Positions 33,544 to 43,858 of a DNA stretch of 64,000 bases are shown here, piece by piece. The position numbers were made by a program, and so were the translations under genes. Below the pieces are notes generated by a model, which saw nothing but the letters and a program-made list of their open reading frames with translations, was not told the DNA's origin and made no database searches. The stretch's first letter is position 1, and every line of letters begins with the position of its first letter. The DNA comes from Spirochaetia bacterium (lineage in GTDB: Bacteria > Spirochaetota > Spirochaetia > CADAEX01): contig CAXXHA010000004.1 in assembly GCA_963662265.2 (NCBI GenBank), positions 1 to 64,000 of the forward strand, in the 5' to 3' direction.

Positions 33544-35849
33544 GTGTTTCTCCGGAAAAATCCGCCGGATTTCTTATCTTTTGATTTTGAATCAGAAGAT
33601 TCAGCCTCTTTATCTACACTTTTTTCTGCCGGTGCGTGGGAATGATCATGTCTGTCCCTGCCGCCCCTGTCATTTCTATCGTACCTGTCTCTTCTGTCGC
33701 GTCTGTCTCTGTTTCCCCTGTCATTACTCCTGTCATGGCTTCTGCCGCTGTCGGATGAAGATGATTTATAATCAGGATCAATAGCTTCAATATAGCTGAG
33801 ATTAACCCGACCCATTCTGTCGATTTCAATAAGCTTAACAGGTATTTCCTGGTTTTCAGAAAGTACATCAGATACAGCATTGACTCTTTCCCTGGAAAGT
33901 TTTGATATATGGCAGAGTCCCTCTTTTCCAGGGAGGAATTCGATGAATGCACCGAAATCTGTAATTCTCTTTACAACTCCGTTATATATCTTGCCTACTT
34001 CAGGTTCTTCAATAAGTGAAGTAATCATCTGCTGTGCAAGAAGCGCTTTTTCCTTGTTTTTGCCGTAAATCATTATATTTCCGTGATCATCGATATCTAC
34101 AGATGATTCTGCTTTTTCAGCAATGCCTTTAATGTTTTTACCGCCGGAACCGATTACCGCGCCAATCTTATCAACTTCAACTTTCATTTTCAGGATCTGG
34201 GGAGCATATTCTGAAACAGTTTCCCTCGGCTGCGAAATAGTTTCATTCATAATGCCGAGAATATGCATTCTTCCTTTTTTTGCCTGTTCAAGAGCTTTTG
34301 TCATGATCTCGGTTGTTACACCTGAGATTTTTATATCCATCTGGAAACCTGTAATACCGTTTTCTGTACCGGCAACTTTAAAGTCCATGTCTCCGAAATG
34401 GTCTTCCTCTCCCAGAATATCACTTAAAATCACTGTTTTGTCATCTTCTGTGATAAGGCCCATTGCAATACCTGCAACAGGTTTCTTTATAGGTACTCCG
34501 CAGTCAAGGAGAGAGAGTGAACCGCTGCATACAGATGCCATTGAAGATGATCCGTTTGACTCGAGGATTTCAGATACTACCCTGATAGTATAGGGAAAAT
34601 CTTCTTTTGATGGAACAACCGCTTCGAGTGATCTCATTGCCAGGTGTCCGTGCCCTATTTCCCTTCTGCCTGTACCTGTTCTTCCTGTTTCACCAACACT
34701 GTATGGCGGGAAGTTGTAATGAAGCATGAAGTTGCCGAAGTGCTTGTCTCCGTCAATATTGTCAAACATCTGCTCATCACTTGTTGTTCCAAGTGTTGTT
34801 ACACCCAGTGACTGTGTTTCACCTCTTGTGAAAAGAGCTGAACCGTGGGTTCTTGAAAGTACACCTGTTTCAACAGTTATATCCCTGATTTCATCAGATT
34901 TTCTTCCGTCTGATCTTTTGTTCTCTTCAAGAATAGCTTTTCTGAGGATATCATATTCAACATCTTCAAAAACCTTGAAAAGTTCGCCCTTCTCCTCATC
35001 TTCGATTTTATCTTCGAAAAAAGCTTTAGCATCGTTTTTGATTTTTGACTTTGCCTTGTTTCTTTCAATTTTACTGGAAAGGAAACATGCTCCCTTGAAA
35101 TCTTCATAAATATGATTCCAGACTTCATCTTTAAGAGAAAAAACTTTTTCCTCTCTTGTGATAGGAAGTTTTTCCTTTCCTGCAATTGAAACAAGTTCTT
35201 TCTGCGCCTTGCAAATATCCTGAATAACGGTTTTTGCTTTTTCAATAGCCTGAAGCATCACTTCTTCAGATACTTCCTTTGCTCCCCCTTCAACCATTGT
35301 GATGCCGTCTTCTGTTCCGGCAACTATGATTTCCATCTGGCTGTTACTAATCTGTTCAAATGTCGGGTTTACAATGAATTCATCGTCAATACAGCATATT
35401 CTTACTGAACCAACAGGTCCTTCAAACGGAATATCAGAAACAGCGACAGCAGCAGCAGATGCAATCATTGCAACAGTATCCGGCGGATTTATCTGGTCAG
35501 CTGAGATTACTGTAGGTATTACCTGTATGTCTCTGCTGAATTCCTTGTGGAAAAGAGGTCTCATCGGTCTGTCAATAAGACGGGAAACAAGTATTTCCTT
35601 ATCCTTTGGTCTTCCTTCTCTTTTTAAGAATCCTCCGGGGATTTTACCGGCTGCATAGTATTTTTCGTTGTATTCCACCTGCAGCGGTACATAGTCAAGT
35701 CCTTCTATTTCATTTTCTGAGCAGCATACTGTTGCCAGAACTGAAGAACCTTCGAAAGTAGCTAATACGGCACCATTTGCCTGCTTTGCCATTTTTCCAG
35801 TTTCAAGTATTAGTTCTTTTTCACCTATTGGTATTGTAATTTTAGGCAT
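33540..35849 (-). CDS. pnp: Polyribonucleotide nucleotidyltransferase
   Basis: [41 protein letters not shown] and S1 domains. Confidence 0.98.
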   Translation of the reverse strand: MPKITIPIGEKELILETGKMAKQANGAVLATFEGSSVLATVCCSENEIEGLDYVPLQVEYNEKYYAAGKIPGGFLKREGRPKDKEILVSRLIDRPMRPLFHKEFSRDIQVIPTVISADQINPPDTVAMIASAAAVAVSDIPFEGPVGSVRICCIDDEFIVNPTFEQISNSQMEIIVAGTEDGITMVEGGAKEVSEEVMLQAIEKAKTVIQDICKAQKELVSIAGKEKLPITREEKVFSLKDEVWNHIYEDFKGACFLSSKIERNKAKSKIKNDAKAFFEDKIEDEEKGELFKVFEDVEYDILRKAILEENKRSDGRKSDEIRDITVETGVLSRTHGSALFTRGETQSLGVTTLGTTSDEQMFDNIDGDKHFGNFMLHYNFPPYSVGETGRTGTGRREIGHGHLAMRSLEAVVPSKEDFPYTIRVVSEILESNGSSSMASVCSGSLSLLDCGVPIKKPVAGIAMGLITEDDKTVILSDILGEEDHFGDMDFKVAGTENGITGFQMDIKISGVTTEIMTKALEQAKKGRMHILGIMNETISQPRETVSEYAPQILKMKVEVDKIGAVIGSGGKNIKGIAEKAESSVDIDDHGNIMIYGKNKEKALLAQQMITSLIEEPEVGKIYNGVVKRITDFGAFIEFLPGKEGLCHISKLSRERVNAVSDVLSENQEIPVKLIEIDRMGRVNLSYIEAIDPDYKSSSSDSGRSHDRSNDRGNRDRRDRRDRYDRNDRGGRDRHDHSHAPAEKSVDKEAESSDSKSKDKKSGGFFRRNT

Positions 35850-35873
35850 TTAATTGTTCCTTTAATTGTTCTT

Positions 35874-36143
35874 TTATTTTCTGAGTCCAAGTTCTTTAAT
35901 AAGTTTTCTGTATGATTCAAGATTTTTTCTCTTGAGGTATTTTAAGAGTTTTCTTCTCTGTCCAACAAGTTTAAGAAGACCTCTTCTAGAGTTGTGGTCT
36001 TTCTTGTGAATTTTAAAATGTTCTGTAAGTTCTACAATTCTTTTTGTAAGAAGTGCAATCTGTACTTCTGTAGATCCGGAATCTTTGTCGTTTGTTCCGA
36101 ATTTTGTAATAATTTCCTGTTTTGCATCTTTAGATAATGCCAT
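35874..36143 (-). CDS. rpsO: 30S ribosomal protein S15
   Basis: [35 protein letters not shown]. Confidence 0.99.
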   Translation of the reverse strand: MALSKDAKQEIITKFGTNDKDSGSTEVQIALLTKRIVELTEHFKIHKKDHNSRRGLLKLVGQRRKLLKYLKRKNLESYRKLIKELGLRK

Positions 36144-36197
36144 TTAATTTCTCCTCTTAAGAAAACAGTATAACACCATAAAAGCTTTTATAGGTTT

Positions 36198-36941
36198 CTA
36201 AGTGTTAAACCATTTAATAATTCTATTGTCTTTAAAAATTTCCTTACGGGAAATTCTGTTTTCTAATTTAAGATTTATAAAAAATCTGTCTGAATCCGGA
36301 AGCAGCTGATCTATTGAATCTCTGTGGATATAGAAAAAATCATTTTTAGATAAAATTTCTGTTTCAGATAAATCTATGTAATACCCGAAAGGAAGAAGCT
36401 CTTCCGCAAGAGCAGTATTCCCTGAATTAATCATTTTTCGGATATCACTGCTGCTGACCGGAATATTTTTATAATCCTGTCTGTTGACAATAACAACTTC
36501 AATATTTTTCTTCTTAAGCATGTTGAAAATATCGAAGGAGTTGGTGCTGTTGTCAACTCCGCATTTAAAATCCCTGCCCAGAACAATTTTTTTTAAGTAT
36601 AAATGTTCCAGAATTGTTCCTATAAAATATTCCCCTTTCAGTTTACTAAAATCACTGGAAAAGTCAATCAGTACCGTAGTTGTTGCCCCTGCTTCTTCAA
36701 GGGCTGAGAGTTTCTGATCAAGGCTATATATATTCCCCTCGAAATTCCTGTTTTTAATGAAAATAATAGGATTCTTTATAAAAGTAAAAACAACTTTTTC
36801 TTTAATGTTTTCATCATTCAGTTTATTGAGAAGATAGCGGTGTCCAAGATGAACGCCGTCAAAAACACCTATTGTTGCAGATGAGGGAGTATCTATTCTG
36901 TGAGAAACGGAAATAAAATCTTCCCATGTTATAATTTTCAT
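36198..36941 (-). CDS. FAD synthetase domain protein (RibF N-terminal domain; kinase domain absent or degenerate)
   Basis: IGVFDGVHLGH, G.DFKCG, VSSSDIR; no PTAN kinase motif; sits at the usual ribF position after truB. Confidence 0.85.
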   Translation of the reverse strand: MKIITWEDFISVSHRIDTPSSATIGVFDGVHLGHRYLLNKLNDENIKEKVVFTFIKNPIIFIKNRNFEGNIYSLDQKLSALEEAGATTTVLIDFSSDFSKLKGEYFIGTILEHLYLKKIVLGRDFKCGVDNSTNSFDIFNMLKKKNIEVVIVNRQDYKNIPVSSSDIRKMINSGNTALAEELLPFGYYIDLSETEILSKNDFFYIHRDSIDQLLPDSDRFFINLKLENRISRKEIFKDNRIIKWFNT

Positions 36942-37828
36942 AACTGCCTGTTACTCTCCGGTATGACAAACCTGTATCTGATTTCATTGGAATTCTTTTC
37001 AATCAACGCTGCAAAATTATGACTGCTGTCAAAAACAGCAGAAAGACCTTCAGGCGGCAAGGGTGTGAAATTGTCGGAAACCGGCATAATACCGTTGAAT
37101 AATTTTGCCCTGAAGCTGTCTTTAACTGTTATTATGCTGATACCCATTTTTTTTACTGCTTCATATGGAGGTAAAACCATTTCCCCTGAAAAAACATCAG
37201 GTGCAGCTGCATCGGAAATATTGAAATTGCCGATATCAGTTCTGAGGAGTGATTTAAGATAGGCCCCTGATCCGCAGTCTCTTGCAAGATCTCTTGCAAT
37301 TGATCTGATATATGTACCTGAGGAGCAGGATACAGTGAAGTTCAGTATTCTGTTGTCATAACTGTTTATATCAAGTGAATGTATAAATGCTTTACGCGGT
37401 TTAAGCTCCGCCTTTATCCCTTCCCTTGCAAGCTGGTATGCCCTTTTACCGTTTATATGAACTGCTGAATAAGCAGGCGGAATCTGGGTGATTTCACCGG
37501 TGTAGGAACTTAGATTCCTGTTTAACTCATTTAAATCAGGAATATTATCTGTTTCCGATATTTTAGTACCTGTAATATCTTCTGTATCTCTTTCTTCACC
37601 GAAAACTGCTTCTGCTGTGTAGGTTTTTCTGTAATTCATGAAATAGTCAAAAAAACGGGTAAAATCACCAAGAAGTATTACCAGAAGACCTTCTGCAAAA
37701 GGATCAAGTGTTCCTGTGTGGCCTGCTTTTCTTGTTTTCAGCTTTTTTTTTACTATACTGACAGCCTGAAAAGATGTCATTCCAGCAGGCTTATTAATTA
37801 CTGCTAAACCTGAAACCGGATTTTTCAA
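36938..37828 (-). CDS. truB: tRNA pseudouridine(55) synthase
   Basis: KPAGMTS, GHTGTLDP, PPAYSA, SGTYIRS. Confidence 0.97.
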   Translation of the reverse strand: MKNPVSGLAVINKPAGMTSFQAVSIVKKKLKTRKAGHTGTLDPFAEGLLVILLGDFTRFFDYFMNYRKTYTAEAVFGEERDTEDITGTKISETDNIPDLNELNRNLSSYTGEITQIPPAYSAVHINGKRAYQLAREGIKAELKPRKAFIHSLDINSYDNRILNFTVSCSSGTYIRSIARDLARDCGSGAYLKSLLRTDIGNFNISDAAAPDVFSGEMVLPPYEAVKKMGISIITVKDSFRAKLFNGIMPVSDNFTPLPPEGLSAVFDSSHNFAALIEKNSNEIRYRFVIPESNRQL

Positions 37829-38172
37829 CTGAGATTATCCTCAATAATCCTGTTTATTTCAAAGCCTTCTCTGAGAGAATCATCCTTGAAAAACTTCAGC
37901 CTCGGTGTGAGCCTTGTTTTGAGTTTTTTACCTATTGTGCCCTGAATAAAACCAACTGCATGATTCAGGGCAGCCACGCTTTTTTCAACTTCTTTTTCAG
38001 AACAGAAACCTGAGATATATACTTTACCATATCCCAGGTCTTTTGAAACAGAAACTCTGCTGACAGATATGAGTCTGTTGATACGGGGATCTTTTATTTT
38101 CCCCGTAACAATCATTTTTCCTATTTCTTCCTGAATTATTTTTTCAGCGCGCTGTATCCTGAATTCAGACAT
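37825..38172 (-). CDS. rbfA: Ribosome-binding factor A
   Basis: IKDPRI, VSKDL, TPRLKF..D; follows infB. Confidence 0.95.
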   Translation of the reverse strand: MSEFRIQRAEKIIQEEIGKMIVTGKIKDPRINRLISVSRVSVSKDLGYGKVYISGFCSEKEVEKSVAALNHAVGFIQGTIGKKLKTRLTPRLKFFKDDSLREGFEINRIIEDNLS

Positions 38173-38174
38173 TA

Positions 38175-40832
38175 TTAACCGTCCAGTTTCTTTGAAATTT
38201 CTTTGATTTCTATAATTTCAATAATATCACCGACCTGAATATCTGTGAAGTTTTCAAGACCGATACCGCATTCATATCCGGTAGCAACCTCTTTCGCATC
38301 ATCTTTAAACCGTTTGAGTGAATATATCTTGCCGTTGAAAATATCAACATTATCTCTGTAGAGATGTGCTATTCCGCCTCTGATAACTTTACCGCTTGTA
38401 ACATAACATCCTGCAATAACCCCGATTTTCGGAACCTTAAATGTATCACGTACTTCAACAGTACCGATAGTTTCCTCTTTGAGTTCAGGTGCAAGCATAC
38501 CTTCAAGAGATGTTTTTATATCTTCAACTGCATCGTAGATGATGTTGTATTTCTTGATCTCTACTTTTTCCTGTTCAGCAAGCATCTGTGCCTTTGGTGT
38601 GGGTCTTACATGAAAACCTACAATAATTGCATTGGAAGCTGAAGCCAGGTTGACATCATTTTCAATAATAGCACCTGCTGTAGCATGTATTACATTGAGT
38701 CTGATTTCTTTGGTACTGAGTTTTTCAAGTGCAATCTTAAGAGCTTCTACAGATCCCTGAACATCACCCTTGATAATTGCCTTGAGTTCCTGTATTTCAC
38801 CGTCCTGAATTGAATCATACAGGTTATCAAGTGTAACTTTCTTGACATTTCTTGCAGCACCGATTTTTTCAAGTTCCTGCCGCTTCTCACCAATCTGTCT
38901 TGCATATTTTTCGTTCTCAGTTACCTGGAACGGATCACCCGCATTAGGCATACCTGTAAAACCAGAAATCTCAACTGGTGTAGCAGGTGTGGCTGAATCA
39001 ACTTTATTACCCTTGTCATTATACATGGCACGAACTTTACCGGGATAAACACCTGCGATAAATGCATCGCCGACTTTAAGTGTACCTCTTTCAATAAGAA
39101 CTGTAGAAACAATTCCACGTCCATGATCCATTCTGGATTCTATAATCTTACCTTCAGCCCTGCAGTTAGGATTTGCCTTGAGTTCAAGTACCTCTGACTG
39201 GAGAAGAATATTCTCAAGAAGATCATCAATACCAGTTTTCTTTAAAGCTGAAATATTTGTAAAGATAGTACTTCCGCCCCAGTCTTCAGGAATAAGGTTG
39301 TATTCGGAAAGCTGCTGCTTTACCCTGTCAGGATTTGCATCTGCAAGATCTGTTTTATTTACTGCAACAATTATAGGTACATCAGCCTCTTTTGCATGGT
39401 TGATCGCTTCAACTGTCTGAGGCATAACTCCGTCATTAGCTGCAACAACAAGTACAACAATATCTGTTATCTGTGCACCTCTGGCTCTCATGAGTGTAAA
39501 AGCTTCATGACCAGGAGTATCGAGAAATACAACACTCTTCTCATCATTAACTTTTACTTTATAAGCACCGATATGCTGTGTTATTCCGCCGTGTTCTGAT
39601 GCTGCAATATCAGTAGACTTGATTGCATCAAGAAGCTTTGTTTTACCATGGTCTACATGGCCCATGACTGTAACTATTGGAGGTCTTTCAATTATATCTT
39701 CATCGTTGCCCTTGTCGCATTCAACAATTGTTTCTTCATAGAGTGATACAATATTAACTTTGCAGTCAAACTCAGATGCAACAATTTCCGCAGTTTCTGC
39801 ATCAATCTGCTGATTGATTGTTACCATCATTCCGAGGCCCATGAGTTTTCCAATAAGCTCTGAAGCCTTGAGGTTCATTTTTTTGGCAAGCTCGGAAACT
39901 GTTACAACTTCCATGATATCTATTTCTTTAGGAACAGGATTTGCCATCTGTACAGATTTTTTCTTGATCTGGAAATCCTTTTCCATGATATTATCTTTTT
40001 TAGTTTTCTGATAAGTTGTTTTCTTTTTAGCTTTAAAAAATTTCTTTGAAGAAGATTTTGAAGCTGCTTCGGGAGCTGCACTTCCGCCGCCGCCCTGGCC
40101 GCCTCTCTGCTGGAATCCGCCCGGTCTTCCTCCCTGCGGTCTCTGACCACCCTGACCGCCTCTTGGCTGGAATCCGCCCGGTCTCTGAGGTCTCTGGCCG
40201 TCTCTCTGCTGGTAACCGCCTGGTCTCTGGCCATCTCTCTGCTGGTAGCCGCCTGGTCTCTGGCCGTCTCTCTGCTGGTAGCCGCCCTGTCTTGGGGGTC
40301 TCTGGCCGTCTCTTGGCTGGTAACCGCCCTGTCTTGGAGGTCTCTGGCCATCTCTCTGCTGGTAGCCGCCCTGTCTCTGGCCGTCTCTCTGCTGGTAGCC
40401 GCCCTGTCTCTGGCCATCTCTTTGCTGGTAACCGCCCTGTCTTGGGGGTCTCTGGCCGTCTCTTGGCTGGTAACCGCCCTGTCTTGGAGGTCTCTGGCCG
40501 TCTCTTGAGTCAAACCTTACCCTGTCAGAGGGGGAAGGTCTTTTATCTGAAGGTGAACCAGTTAAAGTATTTAATTTCTCAGCAGTGGATCTTTTAGCTG
40601 GAGAAGATTCATCTTTTGATGCCGGTTTAGAAGCCGGTTTATGTTTTGCTGTTTCATCAGAGCTGTCCTTTTTACCGGATTTCTTGACTACTACAACTTT
40701 CTTCTTGACAACTACAACCTTTTTTTTCTCTTCATCAGTCTGTTCCTTCTGTTCTTTCTGAGTTGTCTGAGGTTTTTTGTGTTTAATCAATGTTGCTTTT
40801 GGTTTTTCTTTTTTTTCCTGTTCTTCTGCCAT
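38175..40832 (-). CDS. infB: Translation initiation factor IF-2
   Basis: MGHVDHGKT, GGITQHIGAY, DTPGHEAF, NKTD, SLKRFKDD. Confidence 0.99.
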   Translation of the reverse strand: MAEEQEKKEKPKATLIKHKKPQTTQKEQKEQTDEEKKKVVVVKKKVVVVKKSGKKDSSDETAKHKPASKPASKDESSPAKRSTAEKLNTLTGSPSDKRPSPSDRVRFDSRDGQRPPRQGGYQPRDGQRPPRQGGYQQRDGQRQGGYQQRDGQRQGGYQQRDGQRPPRQGGYQPRDGQRPPRQGGYQQRDGQRPGGYQQRDGQRPGGYQQRDGQRPQRPGGFQPRGGQGGQRPQGGRPGGFQQRGGQGGGGSAAPEAASKSSSKKFFKAKKKTTYQKTKKDNIMEKDFQIKKKSVQMANPVPKEIDIMEVVTVSELAKKMNLKASELIGKLMGLGMMVTINQQIDAETAEIVASEFDCKVNIVSLYEETIVECDKGNDEDIIERPPIVTVMGHVDHGKTKLLDAIKSTDIAASEHGGITQHIGAYKVKVNDEKSVVFLDTPGHEAFTLMRARGAQITDIVVLVVAANDGVMPQTVEAINHAKEADVPIIVAVNKTDLADANPDRVKQQLSEYNLIPEDWGGSTIFTNISALKKTGIDDLLENILLQSEVLELKANPNCRAEGKIIESRMDHGRGIVSTVLIERGTLKVGDAFIAGVYPGKVRAMYNDKGNKVDSATPATPVEISGFTGMPNAGDPFQVTENEKYARQIGEKRQELEKIGAARNVKKVTLDNLYDSIQDGEIQELKAIIKGDVQGSVEALKIALEKLSTKEIRLNVIHATAGAIIENDVNLASASNAIIVGFHVRPTPKAQMLAEQEKVEIKKYNIIYDAVEDIKTSLEGMLAPELKEETIGTVEVRDTFKVPKIGVIAGCYVTSGKVIRGGIAHLYRDNVDIFNGKIYSLKRFKDDAKEVATGYECGIGLENFTDIQVGDIIEIIEIKEISKKLDG
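40084..40505 (-). repeat. Intragenic tandem repeat in infB (RDGQR x9; 42/42/33/33-nt units duplicated as a 150-nt block)
   Basis: 40291-40349 is identical to 40441-40499; encodes RDGQR(PPR)QGGYQ(Q/P). Confidence 0.95.
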
Positions 40833-40949
40833 TAAAATTTCCTCTCCTGCTGAAACGGATTCCTTTAATCCGGTTCATGTAAGCTGTATGTTTATAAATA
40901 ATTAAAGATGCTTCCCTACATACAGTCCTACACCGTTATATAAACGGAA

Positions 40950-42512
40950 TTATTCTTCTATATCATCATCATCTTCTTCTTCTTCAAAGCTGAGCCCAAC
41001 ACCGCAATTCGGACAGGAAGTCATACTGACTGTTATTTTACTTCCGCATTCCGGACATTCATATTCTTCAGCATCAGAATCTTCTTCATAATCTTCCTCT
41101 TCCTCTGAATATTCTTCTTCAGCAGGTTCTTCTTCCTGCTCTGTTTCTTCAGTTTCCTGAATAAAATCTTCTGAATCAGCTTTCAGTTCTTCGTTGAAAC
41201 TGTCTTCAATGATTTCAACATTTTCTTCCAGAATTGACTTGATAGATTCTATATCACTGTCAGTCAGTCCTTCAAGAGAAGAAAGCTGTTCAAACGGCAT
41301 TGATAAAAATGTTTCAATCAATTCTATACCATGCTGTCGCATCAGTTCAACAAGCCTGTCAGGAATTCCCGGTAATTCTTCAATTCTGGTGATTTCCTCA
41401 TTCTTTTCTGATGAAGAATAATCTTCATTGAAAAGATCAGACAGTGCTTTCTTCTTCTCGACAGAGATATCCATCTCTTCAAACTGTTCTTCAGTTTTTA
41501 CATCAATATTCCAGTCAACAAGCCTGTTTGCGAGTCTTACATTAAGCCCCTGTTTACCGATTGCCAGAGAAAGCTGGTTATCGGCAACTACAGCAAGTGC
41601 ATGCCGTTTTGCCTCGTCAAGTACAAAGACAGATTCAACTTCTGCCGGGGAAAGAGCATTCTTGATAAATACTGTAGGATCAGTATCATATTTAAGTATA
41701 TCAATTTTCTCCCCTTCCATCTCTTTGACTACAGCCTGTATTCGAACTCCCTTGAGTCCTACACATGCACCTACAGGATCAACATCATCCCTGTTTGAAT
41801 AAACTGCAATTTTTGTCCTGTAGCCGGGTTCCCTTACTATCTTAAACAGCTCAACAGTCTTGTCATATATTTCCGGAACTTCAAGTTCAAAAAGCTTTTT
41901 GACAAAATCTGTATGTGTTCTTGAAAGGATAATATTGAGGCCAGAATCAGATTTTTCAACTTCATAGATAATTGCTTTAATCCTGTCATTAGGTCTGTAT
42001 ATTTCCCTTGGTGACTGAAAACGCTTAGGGAGAATGCCTTCTATTTTTCCGAGGTCAACGTAAATATTACCGTTTTTCTCTCTCTGGTAATAACCGATAA
42101 TCATTTCACCGGTTTTTTCTACAAATTCCGAGTATAGGGTATCTTTCTGGATTTCCCTCAGTTTCTGCCGTGCTTTCTGTTTAGCACTCTGTACAGCTAT
42201 TCTTTCAAAATCCTTCGGATCAATTTCAATGAGAAGTTCATCTCCGATTTCACATTCCGGATTGTATTCAAGAGCTTCTTCAAGAGACATTTCTGTCACT
42301 TCGTCATAAACATCATCCACAATTTTCTTTTTTGAAAACATTGATACTTCTGTTTCATCATCGTTGAACCGAACTACAGCATTTTCAACTGTACCGTACC
42401 TACGTTTGTAGGCGGCAAGGAGAAAATCCTCAATTGTTTTTAATACAAGATCTCTAGGTATTCCTTTATCCTGTTCAAATAATCTGATTGCATCAGAAAG
42501 GTCTGAAGCCAT
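40950..42512 (-). CDS. nusA: Transcription termination/antitermination factor NusA
   Basis: FELEVPEI, REPGYRTK, GACVG, AIGKQGLNVRLA; acidic tail with CPECG..CPNCG. Confidence 0.98.
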   Translation of the reverse strand: MASDLSDAIRLFEQDKGIPRDLVLKTIEDFLLAAYKRRYGTVENAVVRFNDDETEVSMFSKKKIVDDVYDEVTEMSLEEALEYNPECEIGDELLIEIDPKDFERIAVQSAKQKARQKLREIQKDTLYSEFVEKTGEMIIGYYQREKNGNIYVDLGKIEGILPKRFQSPREIYRPNDRIKAIIYEVEKSDSGLNIILSRTHTDFVKKLFELEVPEIYDKTVELFKIVREPGYRTKIAVYSNRDDVDPVGACVGLKGVRIQAVVKEMEGEKIDILKYDTDPTVFIKNALSPAEVESVFVLDEAKRHALAVVADNQLSLAIGKQGLNVRLANRLVDWNIDVKTEEQFEEMDISVEKKKALSDLFNEDYSSSEKNEEITRIEELPGIPDRLVELMRQHGIELIETFLSMPFEQLSSLEGLTDSDIESIKSILEENVEIIEDSFNEELKADSEDFIQETEETEQEEEPAEEEYSEEEEDYEEDSDAEEYECPECGSKITVSMTSCPNCGVGLSFEEEEDDDDIEE

Positions 42513-42515
42513 TAT

Positions 42516-42974
42516 TTAAACCTCCCCTGAAAAATCTAATTTTGCTTTTCTAATTTCAGAATAAGGTATATTTTTCATTTCACCTGATGTTTGAATTTCT
42601 ACCTCACTTTTATTACTGTCAACAATAATTCCCTTCAGCCATTCAGATTCATTTTCAAGAAGAATCCTGACTGTCTTTCCCTTGAAAACGGAAAATTCAT
42701 TGGCAGTCTTGAAATTTCTTGTAATACCTGGTGATGAGACTTCAAGATAGAAATATCTGTCTTCTGTAAGCGTCTCAATTCTTTTCTGAATTGTTTTATG
42801 AACACGGCTGCAGTCTTCAATTCCTATACCATCAGGAGAATGTATAATAAGATGGATATGAAGATCTTCTGATACAGTCGCTGATGTAAGCTCGACTATT
42901 GTATAGCCCATAGCTTCAACAACCGGAGATATAATGTCATAAACATGACTGTTATTTATTTCTATATAATCCAC
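42516..42974 (-). CDS. rimP: Ribosome maturation factor RimP
   Basis: GIGIEDC, YLEVSSPG, I.KAKL; likely GTG start at 42974 after GAGG. Confidence 0.93.
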   Translation of the reverse strand: MDYIEINNSHVYDIISPVVEAMGYTIVELTSATVSEDLHIHLIIHSPDGIGIEDCSRVHKTIQKRIETLTEDRYFYLEVSSPGITRNFKTANEFSVFKGKTVRILLENESEWLKGIIVDSNKSEVEIQTSGEMKNIPYSEIRKAKLDFSGEV

Positions 42975-42987
42975 GACACCTCTGCAT

Positions 42988-43016
42988 AAAAAAAGAGCCG
43001 ATGGGTTTCGACTCTT
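42988..43016 (-). terminator. Leader terminator/attenuator upstream of rimP-nusA-infB
   Basis: Minus strand AAGAGUCGA-AACCCA-UCGGCUC-U7, immediately before the rimP RBS. Confidence 0.75.
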
Positions 43017-43066
43017 CATGACCGAAATATATTATTGTTATAAAGAATTTATCAGAAAACATATAT

Positions 43067-43825
43067 TTAATCAATAGCAAGGGTAAGAATATGGATATTA
43101 TTATTTCCAGTCTGACGCAAAACTCTTGTACACTCGTTGACTGTTGATCCTGTTGTGAAAATATCATCAATAATAAGGATACCTTTGAATGATTTCATTT
43201 TTACACTGCTGTATTTTATAAGGTAAAACCGGTTTTTAATATTATCAATGCGGTTATCAGAAGACAATTTCTTCTGTTCAATACCTGATTTCCTTTTTAG
43301 TATATTGAATACCGGGATATTTTTACTCAAAAGAATATCTGAAATAATCTTCATATGGTCCCATCCATTATTATTTATCCTTTTTCTGCTGCATGGAACA
43401 GGCACTATAGCAAATCCCCTGTAATGGGTATTGTAAAAGACTGATATCTGCTCAGAAAAAAAGAGTGAGGCTTGTCTGTATTTTTTGAATTTATAATTAT
43501 GAATAATTATTCTTATATTATCATCAGAATAGTTCCACAGTGAATTATTCGTTACAAACAGATATTGTCTGGTTCTGCATGATGTACACAGATTGTTTTC
43601 ACTTATAAGATTTTTTCCGCACTTGCTGCAGCGGTTTGAAGAGGAAAAACCATGATATGGCTGTGGTATTTTTGCCAGGCATCTGCTGCAGATGCTGAAA
43701 GGTGATTTCCGGTTTATTTCTTTGCAGCATGATATGCATCTTTCAGGAAAAAAGTAAAAATATAAAATGGATGCAGCATTTTTAATCAAAAAGGGGGAAA
43801 TTTTCAGGCATTTAAAACATTTCAT
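43067..43825 (-). CDS. comF: ComF family protein (zinc ribbon + PRTase)
   Basis: CxxC pairs, PVP, IIDDIFTTGST. Confidence 0.9.
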   Translation of the reverse strand: MKCFKCLKISPFLIKNAASILYFYFFPERCISCCKEINRKSPFSICSRCLAKIPQPYHGFSSSNRCSKCGKNLISENNLCTSCRTRQYLFVTNNSLWNYSDDNIRIIIHNYKFKKYRQASLFFSEQISVFYNTHYRGFAIVPVPCSRKRINNNGWDHMKIISDILLSKNIPVFNILKRKSGIEQKKLSSDNRIDNIKNRFYLIKYSSVKMKSFKGILIIDDIFTTGSTVNECTRVLRQTGNNNIHILTLAID

Positions 43826-43858
43826 GTAAGCTGTTACAGCTTTTACATAAATGCTGCT

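Noticed and set aside
36160-36199. Hairpin before rpsO as an S15 autoregulatory leader
   Set aside because: Only a weak AT-rich palindrome (ATAAAAGCTTTTAT); I could not match a known S15 leader.
39920-40597. Long alternative-frame ORFs (197 aa and 183 aa) overlapping infB
   Set aside because: By-products of the GC-rich tandem repeat, which lacks stop codons.
40874-40887. 14-mer TTCATGTAAGCTGT also present at 43821-43834
   Set aside because: Several 14-mer matches are expected by chance in 64 kb of AT-rich DNA, and the flanking structures differ.
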